Part shown: one piece after another, positions 1-12,289 of the stretch | Layout of the letters: each line of letters starts with the position of its first letter | How positions within the stretch are numbered: the stretch's first letter is position 1 | Source: the human T2T-CHM13v2.0 reference genome, Homo sapiens | Length of the DNA stretch: 64,000 nucleotides | Assembly (NCBI RefSeq): GCF_009914755.1 | Contig: NC_060926.1 | Strand: one strand, 5' to 3' | Program-made: the position numbers and the translations under genes | The notes under the pieces: model-generated | Told to the model about the DNA's origin: nothing | Database searches by the model: none | The model's input: the letters and a program-made list of their open reading frames with translations, nothing else

Positions 1-112
1 CCCTTATCGATGTGAGAAGAGTTGTTGATTTTTTAGTTTGTTCAGTCTTTTGTTTGCTGCTGGGATAGGGTGTTGACTTTCAAGCCTCCTGTGTGCTGGA
101 TCAGAACTGGAG
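1..112 (-). mobile_element. Ancient L1M 5'-end fragment
   Basis: agagttgttgattttttagtttgttcagtc...gactttcaagcctcctgtgtgctggatcagaactggag resembles the L1M (MC/MD/ME) 5' terminus in reverse; recognised by eye. Confidence 0.55.
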
Positions 113-129
113 CTGCTCCATTCTTCATG

Positions 130-600
130 CAACATGTTGAGTCACTCCCTGGCTCTCAGTGTCTTTAAAATGAGATTAACTTTCTTAAGTAGGACACACA
201 ATCATGGCTTCATTCTCAAGCTCTCCCTACCTCTGCAGCCTCCTGTTTTCCCAGCGTATTTACACCACAGCCGTAGCAAACTTAGAAATCTTTCACAAAC
301 TTGGGGTCCTCTCTTCCAACTCTGTACATTAGCAAGTGCCATACCCTATGTGTTAATGAACATTCCCTCCTCTTTACCTGTTGCATATATACTCATTCAA
401 GATTTTTGTGCAAAAGTCATCTCCCCTTTTTCTCCTAAAACCTAAGCTAAAATAAGTGGCTTCTCCCTTGTCACTTGTAGTATTTGACTAGAGCACTCAA
501 AGCTTTTATTTTATTATCTGCATTTTTCCTTTGCCATCAGCCTGTGCTCTCTACAGTGGAGTGTCTCTGTCTAATTCACTTCATTGAGCAAGTGAAAGAA
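130..600 (+). mobile_element. L2 LINE 3' fragment
   Basis: Degenerate pyrimidine-rich L2 body ending in an L2-like tail. Confidence 0.5.
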
Positions 601-949
601 TCACCAGTTGAAAATAAGAAGGTTGAGTTTTTCTTTGCAAAAATCCTTTCCATGATTCTTAAATTGAGTTCTGTAATGGTCCTTTAGAATTATTCAATGA
701 CAAGATTTTACTTCTTAAGTTTCCTTTTGTTAAATGGATATTATAATCAATGTTGTCATTTCTCTTTTAATAATTTTATAATCATGATATTGCATAATTG
801 CACTTGTAATTAAGACACTGGTCAACTCATTTAAAAATAATTAAATGTTACTTAAAAGTTACGACCTCTATCACCATTGCTTAACTTACCACATTACTTC
901 CACTTCTGGTTTTGCTAGCTGCAGTTTTTAATCATGATATTTGAGACAT

Positions 950-1130
950 TAAACAATATACTATCCATATCTCTTATAAAAGCCCATGAGGTAGATACTA
1001 TTATAATTACAATTTTATGAATAAGGAAGATTAAGATCAAAAGATTGAAAAGATTTGTGCAGGTCACAGAGTTAGTGAGTGGCAAATTCAAGACTGGGAT
1101 TTATTGTTTTTCAGTCCTCCTGAGCAACAG
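950..1130. mobile_element. MIR SINE
   Basis: MIR core-like: cccatgaggtagatactatt...ttttatgaataaggaag...aggtcacagagttagtgagtggc. Confidence 0.65.
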
Positions 1131-2043
1131 ACTTGCTGCTTTATGTTTTATGGGAACTTTCTGGATGGCCCTCTTTTGCCTTTATTCAACTTTCTTGTTT
1201 TCAATAAACAGATTTAGATTTAGATCTCTATATTTGTATTTCCAACTTTCTATAATCTGCACACAGTGATATTTTCCCTCTTCAATCTGTTACCTTTAGT
1301 CATTTTTAGTTTTGTTTTCTTATTTATCAAAATCTTCTGATAATTTTCTCTAGCATTTTTGTCTTCTTTTCCCTCTACTTTCCTATTCTTGTGTCTGATT
1401 AAAAAATGAATTATGTAAAGTCATTATAAAAAGTAGCTGCTTTTCCATTTACTCATTATTGAATTTGACCTCAATGTAGGAAAGTAAATAAGTGACACAC
1501 TTAAACCATTTAATCACGTAACATAGATAAACTGTCCTGAAATACCATGTTGCAAAATACTATGCTACATAAAGTCATCTTAGGCTCATTTTGGTTTCTT
1601 GCACAATTTCAGTGTATTTGTCTCATGAGATGATAGTGCTCAGTGAGGTGTGAGGGTTCACCTTGACAAGAGAGTGAGGCTATATATAAACAGGTAACCT
1701 GCACCCCAGGGGCTGCAGGAGAGGCTTTTGCAACAACATAAAGGGGGAATTCAAAATGGCCACATCTAAAAGCATACAGGAGCTTTATTCCCCTTAGTAA
1801 TTTGAACTTCCCTGCTATTCTGGGAGATCATGAGATATACTCTTGTTCTATTCCTGAGGTGTGCATAAAATGAGTTCTCTTATCAATTCTGCCTGCCCAG
1901 TACAGATAATTTAGTGACAGAACAGAGAGCTTCTTTGTGTGAATTCTACCCAGTTGCCTTTGCAAATGCGGCATGTGATTTCATGGACTTTTTACTTTTT
2001 TATTAGAAGTTACTGCATTTGAATTAGCTACAATCCCTCTTTT

Positions 2044-2183
2044 TAATAGATTGTATCAAAAATGTCTACGTTCCATAGCATTGGTGGAACCATGCATTAT
2101 GTCTGAGGACAAGGACGGGAACCTTCCGTGGCGTGCTATCAGCAGCTTTAAATAGGCATTGAGTTTGAAGATAGAGCACATGA
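2044..2183 (+). repeat. Copy 1 of a 140-bp local direct duplication
   Basis: Aligns ungapped to 4307-4446 with 5 mismatches (offset 2263). Confidence 0.95.
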
Positions 2184-3157
2184 TGAAGGAAAGTCAGACC
2201 CCAGTCGGCTATTTAGCTTTCAGTTCTGAGGAACCTGTCATTGCTTGCTTCTGTAAACCCAGCTAATGTGATTTATCTGATCCATTTCAATGCAAGAGAA
2301 TGAAATGGCTCCGGTATAACAACCAATACAGAAACAGCAGTTACAAACTTACAGGGCTGCTGCTGCTTAAATATCTAGGCTAAGTACTTTTAAAATTAGC
2401 ACTTTCATCTTGTTAGTGGTCTGTAAATGAGAACCCCTCTAAGCAATCAGATGTTCACAAATAGGGCCATTTCCCATGGACCAATAATATTCAAAAGACT
2501 AAAGCTGTCTTGCTAAGGAGGTTTGACTTTGTAGCAGGGTTTTAAAAGATATCCAAATACACCACAGAGAATCTTCTTCTGGGAGAACGGAGTGTGTGAC
2601 TCTCCTCTGATAGTCTTGGAGGAACTGATGTCACTGCCCCCGCACCCCTCTTGTCCTATTCTAATGTCATGTCTTTCCCTATGTCTTTCCACCAGTGCCT
2701 GTGGGCTCCTGAAGGAAAGGAGAGATGAGATCATTATGGGCAGAACTTAGAACCTCTGGATGAATAGAGACGAGGTAAAATTCTGGCACCTATCCACAGC
2801 CTGAACCTTGGAGAACACCTCCCTTTCATATGACTTCTGCAAAGGGCGTGTTTCAGCTCACAGGGACAAAGAGTCACTGCACCAGAGAACCAGAAAGAGG
2901 TGAGGAGGAGCATGTGCTTTCAACCATTCCTGATGTCTCCCGTATGTCATCTAGCCACCTTGTTGCTGCCTTTCACTGAAATGTCTCTTATTATCATGTT
3001 TTTAATATTTTAATGTGTTTCTATTTAATCACGAGCCATGTTTACAAAATTTCTATTGGCATGCAGCGTGTGTATCCCCCCATACCCTGCCTTCTCTCCA
3101 TTAATGTTTATGTCAGTCATTTACTTAAACCTAAGAATTGATAGGCAGTAGGCAGAG

Positions 3158-3529
3158 TGTGGTACACACTGATATGTCACCCTCATCCCCTTTCAGTGAA
3201 GAAATGTTTGTCCCCGGTGCTGAGAACACCATCAGATGATCTTTCTGCCCAGAGCCACTATCTGTCTCTAAATATCAGGTTTATCAATGCCTGGCCATCT
3301 CTTTTCAATTTGGGACAACTGCCAGCGACCACTAGCTAGCTCCAGAATTCCTCAGGTATGGAAGCTGTCCCTGGGTCTCCATCACATCTGACTTCTTCTT
3401 CTTTCTAATTATGCTTCTTCTCCCACCTCCACTTTCACAAGTGTGTTCCTCAAAGGAGCTCCTTTGTTAAATGGCCTGTACCTAAATGTCATCCCACAGT
3501 CTGCTTCTTGGGGTAATCCAAAATGCAAC
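3158..3529 (+). mobile_element. ERVL solo LTR (LTR16-like)
   Basis: TG...CA ends; 3' end cagtctgcttcttggggtaatccaaaatgcaaca typical of the LTR16 family. Confidence 0.6.
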
Positions 3530-3534
3530 ACACA

Positions 3535-4560
3535 ACAAGCCCTGGTCCTTGCTCTTGAGAATTTATAAGTTAGGATGGTGAACTGGCCTCCACAAAACCA
3601 AGGACAGTGTGACAAACACATAAAAAGAAGCACAGGAAAGGGGCTGAGTGAGCCAATGGAGAGTGTGAGGGAGCAGGGTGGGAGGGCAGGAAGGCTTCAT
3701 AAAGGCAGTGATTAAAATGTGTCTTGAAGAGTAAAGAAAAATACCTAACATTAGGTGCATAAAAGCAGAGAGGTGATAGATTGTTTCAGATCAAAATCAC
3801 AGACAAAATTCAAGAGTGACTACATTTTAAGGGACATAGAAATGGTAGCAAAAGTAGTAAACGGCAGAGAGTAAACAATTAGATAGGAACCCATGTAGAA
3901 TTTTGTGAGCCAAACTAAGGAAATTTGCCTTTTTTCTGCAGACCAGGTTTAAAAATAGAAGTTGATCCCTTTCAAAATAAAATCTGAGCCAGAATCCAAA
4001 TGTATAAAACGGATACCAGCAGAGCTACCTGACTGATTATGGCAGGGTCTTAGAATTCAACCCAGTGCCTTCTCTCTTCTTCAGATGTTTCAGGAAACTG
4101 CCGCAACTTTGTAGAGCACAGTTTGAAAGCTACTGCTGAAGAAATATGTCACCTTGAAGGCTTTTTAAACACGGGATTTGCAAGATAGGGTTTGCATTTT
4201 AGAAACATTATTCTGCTTGCTACACTACTGAGTTTGGATGAGGGAGACTTGAAGGCAAGGGAGCTCTGTTATGAAATAACTACACTTTTCTTATAGAAGA
4301 AGACTATAATAGACTGTATCAAAAATGTCTACGTTCCATAGCATTGGTGGAACCATGCATTACGTCTGAGGACAAGGACGGGAACCTTCTGTGGCGTGCT
4401 GTCAACAGCTTTAAATAGGCATTGAGTTTGAAGATAGAGCACATGAAGGGCATGTTACAGCAGAGCTGAAGGGAGAACAGTTGATGGGGTTTGGTGATCA
4501 ACTGATTTGGAGAGTAAAGCAATGAGAAGAATGACATTCATGATTTGGTATGAATTAAGG
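3535..4560 (-). mobile_element. L2 LINE fragment interrupted by duplication copy 2
   Basis: L2-like blocks (ggaaggcttcataaaggcagtg; gatagggtttgcattttagaaacattattctg; gaaggcaagggagctctgtta) continue on both sides of 4307-4446. Confidence 0.65.
4307..4446 (+). repeat. Copy 2 of the 140-bp local direct duplication
   Basis: 135/140 identical to 2044-2183. Confidence 0.95.
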
Positions 4561-5081
4561 GTTTATTGGACAGAAGAAATGATGGGCAAGAGCGGGCATG
4601 GTGTAGGGGTGGAGTTGGAAACTTCCTTTCATATGGTCAACACCTCAGCAACCTCATTTAGACATAGGACCTGTGCATAGTAATCCCTTTTGTCTTGGAG
4701 GTGAGTTGTTGATTTTATTTTTATTTTTATTTTTTAGCTCCTTGGCACTTCTTTCTAAGGTTAGGGATCAGAAAGAAACATAATTGAGTTCCTGCCAAAT
4801 TGAATATTCAGAAAGGGCACTGATAGGGGGATCAATTCCTTATTTCTACCATGAGACAGGCAAGATAAAGAAGAGTTGATAATTTCTGCACCCATCTTAC
4901 TTCCTGCCCACCACAGAGCAGTTCACCCAGTGGCCTGGTTGGATGTTAGCCATTGGCAGGGCAAGAAATCCAACAATCGACTGTTGAAGAATTCCAGAGA
5001 ATCAGTCTGGATCTCTTTCACACAGACAAAGTCTTGTTCCAGCTAATCTTAGGCTCCTATGCGAGAGGAAAGATGCTGGGA

Positions 5082-5349
5082 GGCCAGCACGGTGGCTCAC
5101 ACCCATAATCCCAGCACTTTGGGGGGCCAAGGTGGGCAGATCCCTCGAGCCCAGGAATTCAAAACCAGCCCGGGCAACATAGTAATAACCCCCATCTCTA
5201 CAAAAAATTAAGAAAAATAATTAGCCAGATGTGTTGGTGCATGCCTTAGTCCTAACTACTCCGCAAGCTGAGCTGAGAGGATCACTTGAGCCCAGGAGGT
5301 CAAGGTTGCAAAGAGCCATGATCCTGTGCCTAGGCAACAGAACGAAAAA
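5082..5349 (+). mobile_element. AluJ SINE
   Basis: Dimeric Alu with J-type gagcccagga in both arms; diverged; degenerate aaagatg TSD. Confidence 0.9.
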
Positions 5350-5831
5350 GATGTGAGAAATACTCAAAGTCTTGGTCTTTACCCAGAAGAATCAGAGCAA
5401 GGAAAAGAAAGATCTCTTTCCCCAGTTTGACATCCATCTTCCTAAATTTGGACAAAGGGATCCTAAACCACAGCGTCCTACAGTGAGTCAAAATGCCCAT
5501 GCACTGATTCTCATCTCACTGGAGGTAAGCGCTGGGTCCGAAGTAACCTTCACTTTACCAGTTATGGTTACCCTTTATGTGAAGCTTGAATTGTTGCCTA
5601 CTGTCCCGACTTTGTTTCGCTCCCTAGCCTGCTTTCATGGGACCCTACATCCTGCTCTTCTACCAGGCCATTTGGTTAGGGATCTGGGAATTGTTCTATG
5701 TATCTCCAGGTCATGGTTATTTCTCTTCCTTCAGATAGACCCCATAGGCCTCATAGGCCCCTTACGTCTTTTATAAAAAGCCAGTTTCTTTGAACTAGAA
5801 CCTTCCTACACATCATGTAGTTCACAGCATC

Positions 5832-6022
5832 ATTTGGTTCTTAAACTTGACTGCCCTTCAGTGTCACCTGGGAAACGTTCCAAAAATATTGATTCTGGGG
5901 TCTTATCTTAATTTAACTGAATTTGAATGGAAGATTGAACATGGGAATGTGTATTTTATTTTATTTTTTAGAAAAACTTTCCAAATCATTCTCACAGCTC
6001 TGAATGATTGGAGAACTAGTGA
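5832..6022. mobile_element. MER5-like hAT-Charlie DNA transposon
   Basis: tggttcttaaacttgactgc...tcacctgggaa...ttggagaactagtg termini. Confidence 0.6.
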
Positions 6023-6472
6023 CTGGGGTTAGTTTTCTTAAAATCTCCTTGTCCAAGTCTAGCTTTTGATACACACAACAGAGAAGGTAGTTGAAAGAAA
6101 GCTCTGGAAGAGCTCAGGGTTCTGATCTAGTATTGGAAGGAAGACCTACGCACGTTGTCTACTGGGCGAGCAGATGGCAAAGTTGGCATGCTGTCTGGAA
6201 GGTTTCAAATGCCGACTGCTTTTGTTTCTAGTCCAGATTTTGGGAGGGGTACACAACCTCCACCTTCACAAGCTGCCTCAGATCTGCTGAAGGACCTGGG
6301 AAAGTTGCTCAGTACAGACCCAGTATCCCACACCAGAGAGGGAAGATGACACTCATTTGTTTATATATCTGAAATAAGCAACTTCCAGATATATAGAGGA
6401 ATAAATGTTTCCTTCCATCTCAATTCATCTCACTCTCCTAGGTTAACTAGTTAACTGACTAAAAGGTTGCTA

Positions 6473-6785
<313 letters not shown>

Positions 6786-6828
6786 TGTTGCTACCTATGT
6801 AGACACCATTGCATACGCGAATGTGGAA

Positions 6829-6868
6829 GTAGAGACAGAGGTAGGAAGAGGGACAGGGAGAGGGACAA

Positions 6869-6902
<34 letters not shown>
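6829..6902 (+). repeat. GA-rich simple repeat
   Basis: (GA)n tracts. Confidence 0.9.
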
Positions 6903-6929
6903 GTACATTTGGCAAGTTATTTAACATTT

Positions 6930-7070
6930 CCACGTCACAGTTTCCTTATCTAGAGGATTAATGATGGCTCCTTCTTCATAGTGCTATTATGATAATTAAA
7001 TGAGTTAATATTTGTAAACTTCTATGACCAATGTCTGGAACATAATAACCACTCTGTAAATGTGGTTAAC
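6930..7070. mobile_element. MIR SINE
   Basis: cagtttccttatct...cttcatagtgctattatgataattaaatgagttaata. Confidence 0.65.
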
Positions 7071-7079
7071 ACACATGCA

Positions 7080-7540
7080 CATATGCTTTCAATATATAGG
7101 TTTGCAACTTGCAGTTTTTCACTGAAGATTATGTCTTAGATCTCCTTATATGACGGTACACACAAATATAGCATAATTTTGTAACAGTTACATAGATTGC
7201 ATGGTGTTATATGGATGGACTCTACATTATTTAATATTATTCTTTGGCTGGGCAATCGCATTGTCTTCAAAGTTAGTATTTTAAATACTGCAATAAATAA
7301 TGCAGTGAATACAAGTATTTGTACTTGCATGAGTAGAAAAAAATTGTAGAATAAAAAGTCAGACTGTTGAGACAGGGGATGCAGATTTGCAGACACGAAC
7401 AATAACGTCAGATTTCTACTCTCAGGCTGCCCCATTTATACCCACACCAGCAGCACATGAGAAAACCCACTCCCTTCACAGTCACAAAAGTTGGGTAGTA
7501 CAAACTCATAAAAACCTTTACTAACGTGAGGTCTTGAAGA
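7080..7540 (-). mobile_element. Ancient L1ME-like 3' fragment
   Basis: Degenerate antisense L1 3' sequence (cccatttatacccacaccagcagcacatgaga). Confidence 0.55.
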
Positions 7541-7802
7541 ATAACAGCTTGATTTTATTTTAATTCCAGACAGAATTCTATCACAGGAAAGTTAGAAAGC
7601 AGGTATTATCAGCCTTTTATCTGGACAGTAGTAAATATCAATATCTAAACTGTAAGGTTGCCATGAGCTGAAACATGAAATGGGGTATTTAAATAAAGTT
7701 CTTAAGATTAGCATTCCTTTGCGGAGACTGCCAAACCCAAATCATCTAATGTTGGCATCACTATTAATAACATATTTTTCCTTGAACCAATTGCTTCTTG
7801 GG

Positions 7803-8008
7803 GATAGGCAGATGATAGATAGATGGATAGATAAGCAGATAAACAGATCGATAGCTATATAATACAGATATAGCTTATAGACGAATAGATAGATGAATGT
7901 GGGCAGAGATAATACGTAGATAGGTAGATGCCTAGCTTGGTAAATGATAATCAATAGAAATAGAGGCAGATAGAGATACAGAAATAGACATAGATAGGGG
8001 TAGATCTA
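7803..8008 (+). repeat. Degenerate (GATA/TAGA)n simple repeat
   Basis: gatagatagatggatagataagcagat... Confidence 0.85.
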
Positions 8009-8987
8009 TGAAATCCTCTTAACATTTGCTTCTGTGAAGAAACTTTCAGGCTCTACTGAATGATGCTTTACTGTACCTCGAATTTAAATGATGCGATGTA
8101 TATGATATCTGCGATGCATACAAAGACAGGGTCCCCTTGGACACAGGTCACCCTGGCTCACCCCACCAGGTCTGCCACGGACAAGCTGACCGCCTGCATA
8201 TTCACTTTCTCCTCTCTGAATTTAATTTCTTCATTTATAAAACAAGGAACATAACATGTATAGCAAAGTGAAGTAGTGAAGATTGACAAAATAAAATAAA
8301 GGAAGCATATCATCGAGTTTATGGTAAGCACATGAGAAAGATCACCCTGTTTTATTCCTAAGTTACAGACACGGCTCACAGGCTTAAGCGTCTTGCTGTA
8401 GGTCATACGGCAGGTTAATGACAACACTGGGGCAAGAACACAGGTTACGCTCGTCCTGGGGAAGGCTCCCACACCAAGCTACACACTTCTGCAATGCTGT
8501 TCCAGATGTGAAAATCCGCTAAGACAAATAGGTACGTTTCTTGCCTCTGCCCTTCTGAGTCTAGCAGTTGAGAATACAACTATCTGCAAACCAATCTTGC
8601 AATTTCAAGCCAACATAATATTTGGGGTAATTATATTTACATAAAATTTTAATGACTATAATTAAAATGGATAATCCAAATTCTAATAATTATATTATAA
8701 TTAACTAAAAATCTTATTCAAAAGCAAATATGCCAGGAAGACTTTCATCAGATGAGGAAGGTGCATGGCTCTAGGTTAAAAGCACGACTTCCGAATCAAA
8801 CTTGATGAACACATCTGCTTCTTTATGTCTAAACACATACAGAGCATTACCACTCACTAGAAGGAAGACTAGACAATGAGACTTTGCTTTTCATCTAAAA
8901 CTTTTCCTTTAACACCCGGGTCAGGTTTTCAGTCCGAATGAGCTTCAATGCATCCCTGGGGAATTGTCTCTTGGTATTAGTCGGATT

Positions 8988-9005
8988 GAACACTAGATGG
9001 CACTG
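8988..9005 (+). promoter_or_regulatory. Putative CTCF binding site
   Basis: aaCACTAGATGGCACtg matches the CTCF core CCASYAGRKGGCRS at 13/14 positions, in apparently unique sequence. Confidence 0.65.
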
Positions 9006-9299
9006 TGTTGCAACAAAATTTGGATTTTGAATGCATTTTTGTGTGGCTGTAATTAAGGTGTTGCTTGGGGTGGGGAGAGGTGAAATGTCTTTAGAAATAG
9101 TCTTCCTCAGTGGTCTCTTAAATATCCATTTGGACCAAATATTCTAAGGTTTATCTATCACCTATGCAGCTTTATTTCAAATGAGCATGCACATAAGAGA
9201 TGTGTCTATTTTATGTATCAGTGGTTTCAAAAGTCATATTCGAATACCCATTTTTTCATGGCTTTGTGTCATGAGATGGAGAGCAAAGCAAACTGAAAG

Positions 9300-9990
9300 C
9301 GGTGAGGCAATGTGTCCAGCTCTCCTTTCAGCCTGGGCTCTCACCGGACTTCTGGACTTATCGCACTGATGCTGAATGTCTCCACCCACAGGCCCCACAG
9401 GCATCACAGACCCATCATCTGGGACATCTTATCACCAGCCTTCCAATCTCCCTAATATCTAGCCATTGGCAAGGCTATAAAGCCAATTTTGTGATATAAA
9501 ATATTTTCGTGATTTATTTGACTTTTTTTGCCCCTCAATTATCACACCCAGTGAGTCATCAAGACTTGATTTTAGTTCATCATTACCTCCAAAACCCAAG
9601 CAAGCTGCTTGGTATATATGACCGAGTGCAGTGGAATCACTGTCATATTTCTTCTTTGCCTTTGACATCTTCTATTTTACAGCCCCAAGTCATTGTAAGT
9701 ACTCCCATCCCTGCCTGGAAAGACAGGGACGGACGTAGCTCTTTCTCTAGCTCCCTGTAGCTCTTTCTCTAGCCAGCAAATTTTTTGTTTAAAACCTAAC
9801 TCCAAAGTTCCTTCATCTGTGCATTCTTCCACATAGCTCCTCCCAACTTTGCGCATCCTGCATTCTAATGATTTCTTTGTATTTCTACTTTCCCTTTAGG
9901 TCACAAAAACACCATGGGAGACGATGATGTCTTTTCCTTTTTGTTATCTTGATAAAGCTTCATACATGGTAAGGAAGAGAAGGTATAAAT
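9300..9990 (+). mobile_element. L2 LINE fragments
   Basis: Degenerate L2-like sequence. Confidence 0.45.
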
Positions 9991-10632
9991 GGCATTTTTG
10001 TAAGACATATAATATTTTCCTCTAATTTGGAATTTATTAATTAAAATTTAACAGAATGATAAAATGGAAATTTCAGTTGAGGAACTAATAAATCAACAGA
10101 TGTCTTACTCCACAACGAGGTGCAAGATCTTGAGGCTGGATTTAGAAAGAGGAAGAGAAGACCAATTGCACAGCTCATCACCCCTCACCCATCTGATGAT
10201 ATGAAAGGTTTGAAGGAAGCCAGAGCTGGAGCAAGATTTTCCTCAGATGAGTTTTGATGAACTACAAAGAATGAAGATGCTCTCCCTTGTCATCCCCAGT
10301 CAAAGAAAAGGCACTTTAAAGAAATCACTCACGAGCCAGATATTGTGGTTGTATTTTGGTGGACACAGTGAAGTCACGTCTGGCTCGCTCCGCAAATACT
10401 GGGAGGGTGAGAAGTGGGAGGCAGCCGTGGGACCGCTGAGTGGAGGAGGCTGACCTTTGAGGAAGCACGTGGGATTTTTCCCCGCGGAACAGACGTGAGC
10501 CATGAACACGGGAGCAAAAGTGTGCTAGAGTAACTCCCGTCAAAGAGAGACCCTTACTAGGGCAAGAAGACCTTGATCAAAGCATACCCAGATGCCGAGG
10601 TTCTGAGGAAGGAAATAAGTGACCACCAGGCA

Positions 10633-11227
10633 TGGTGCTCTGATTATTAAGCTAGTTTCTCAGCTCCAAACTCAACCTTCACTGCTTAGCCTTGTCACGG
10701 TGGGAAGGCTGGGAGAGGCCAAACCACCTTTCCCCTTTGCCAGGGCTCCCTGATCAGTTCTGCCTATGTGCTACTAAGGGAAACGGTAAGGCTGGAGGAG
10801 GGAAAGGGGACACCACCCTTCTCTTTGCGCACTGCTTATGCCAGCAGCATCCGAGCAATACCGCTTGCCCTGTAGTGCTTCTTGAGTCGGATTTCAGTTC
10901 AGTGTCTGGGTTTTTTAACATTTCTATAACCATTCTCCCTCCTCAATAGCACTCCCACATCAGAAGCTGAGTCCCAGCTCCCTGACTTCTCCAGATCCTA
11001 GAACTATCAGCACCAGCAGCAGCACACATTCCATTCCTGTGGGGCTTGGCTCTGTGAGGCTCCTCTCAGCTCCCAGATTCTCCCAACACAACTTCTTTCC
11101 TTTGTTCCCCCAGACTTCGAGCAGGTCATTTCTTGCTATGCCTGTCTAACCCCTTCCCTAAATTCAATTCTCTCTGTTAAGATAACCAGTATGTTTCTGC
11201 TTTCCAGTCTGGATTCTGATTGATACA
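10633..11227 (+). mobile_element. ERVL solo LTR (LTR33-like)
   Basis: tctcagctccaaactcaacctt start; end ttctctctgttaagataaccagtatgtttctgctttcc...ctgattgataca. Confidence 0.7.
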
Positions 11228-12289
11228 CAAAAGCTGCATTCCCACATCAAGGGAACTCCGAGTGTTCACCCTCCGTGGTAAGGGGAGACTGGGAGACCCC
11301 ACAAAAGCATCCCAAGAGAGGAAGAGTCCCTTTACACACCTGCTGCCCCGTGTGTGGATGCCCACTGAGCACGGAAGTTGTCAAGTAAGAACTCTCAACT
11401 CCCTAGTGTTCCAAATCCCAGTTCTGGTGGAGTCAGGTATTACAGTCATAGCAGAGCAGAGGACCTTAGCAGCCCTAGGCAGAGAGGGGCTGAAGAAGCC
11501 AACCAAGGCTTCAGGTGTGGTTGGAGAAAGAAGTCTCAGCTTCAATCAAGTTTTCAAGTTGGATTAATACATGGGAATGAACTGTTACTTATCTGCTATA
11601 TTGTTTTTGTGATATCAAGTAACCTGATTTTTTACATGTCCAAAAAAACAACAACAAAAAAGTATTGAAGCCTACCTTAAATTTCATCTAGGGACAAAAG
11701 GAGGAACTAGCCCACCAAGCAGGTTTAAAGGGAGTGTCGGACACAAAAATGACATGCCCCATATTGCAGTCTAGAAGGAACAACACGGTGAATTGTCTAC
11801 TGCAGGTAAGCCAGGGGTGTTACAGGCGTCCTGAAAGGATACAGCGCAGGGTGCTGCAGCCAGGCAGTAAACAGTTGTATTTCTCTTTTCTCCACTGTCC
11901 TAAAGAGACTGCCCTGGGTGGCCCCTGCCTCGATTAGGTCACCAGATAGTTGCATTTGCCCTCCTCTGCCAACTCCCTAAGGTCAGGGTGGTGGCGTGCG
12001 GATTCCTAGCAGACTGCACAAGGTCTGAGGAAGGCTGGGTGGTGGACACACAGTTGATTAGTGATAGGAACCATGGTGGAGGCTTGTCAAAAGTCAACAG
12101 AAAGACAGACCAGCAGGGGTTGCCTGATTCTACGTGGAGCCCTGAGGCTGGGACTCAGCAAGAGCGGCAGGAGGGGACTGAGCGTGCTTTTAAGGACTGT
12201 TCAGAGAGCAAGGGGACCCAAAGGGAGAAGGAAGTGCACACCCTGACACAGAGAGTGAGGTGGAGACCCCAGCCGTGTCACAGAGCAGC

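Noticed and set aside
2044-2183. Duplicated 140-mer as an H/ACA snoRNA pair (length fits; ends ACA+3 nt)
   Set aside because: No ANANNA H box at a hinge on the plus strand and no convincing two-hairpin fold; an Rfam/snoGPS search would settle it
6442-6455. 14-bp palindrome GTTAACTAGTTAAC
   Set aside because: Several palindromes of this length are expected by chance
9735-9773. 17-bp direct repeat gtagctctttctctagc x2
   Set aside because: Ordinary slippage duplication within L2-like sequence
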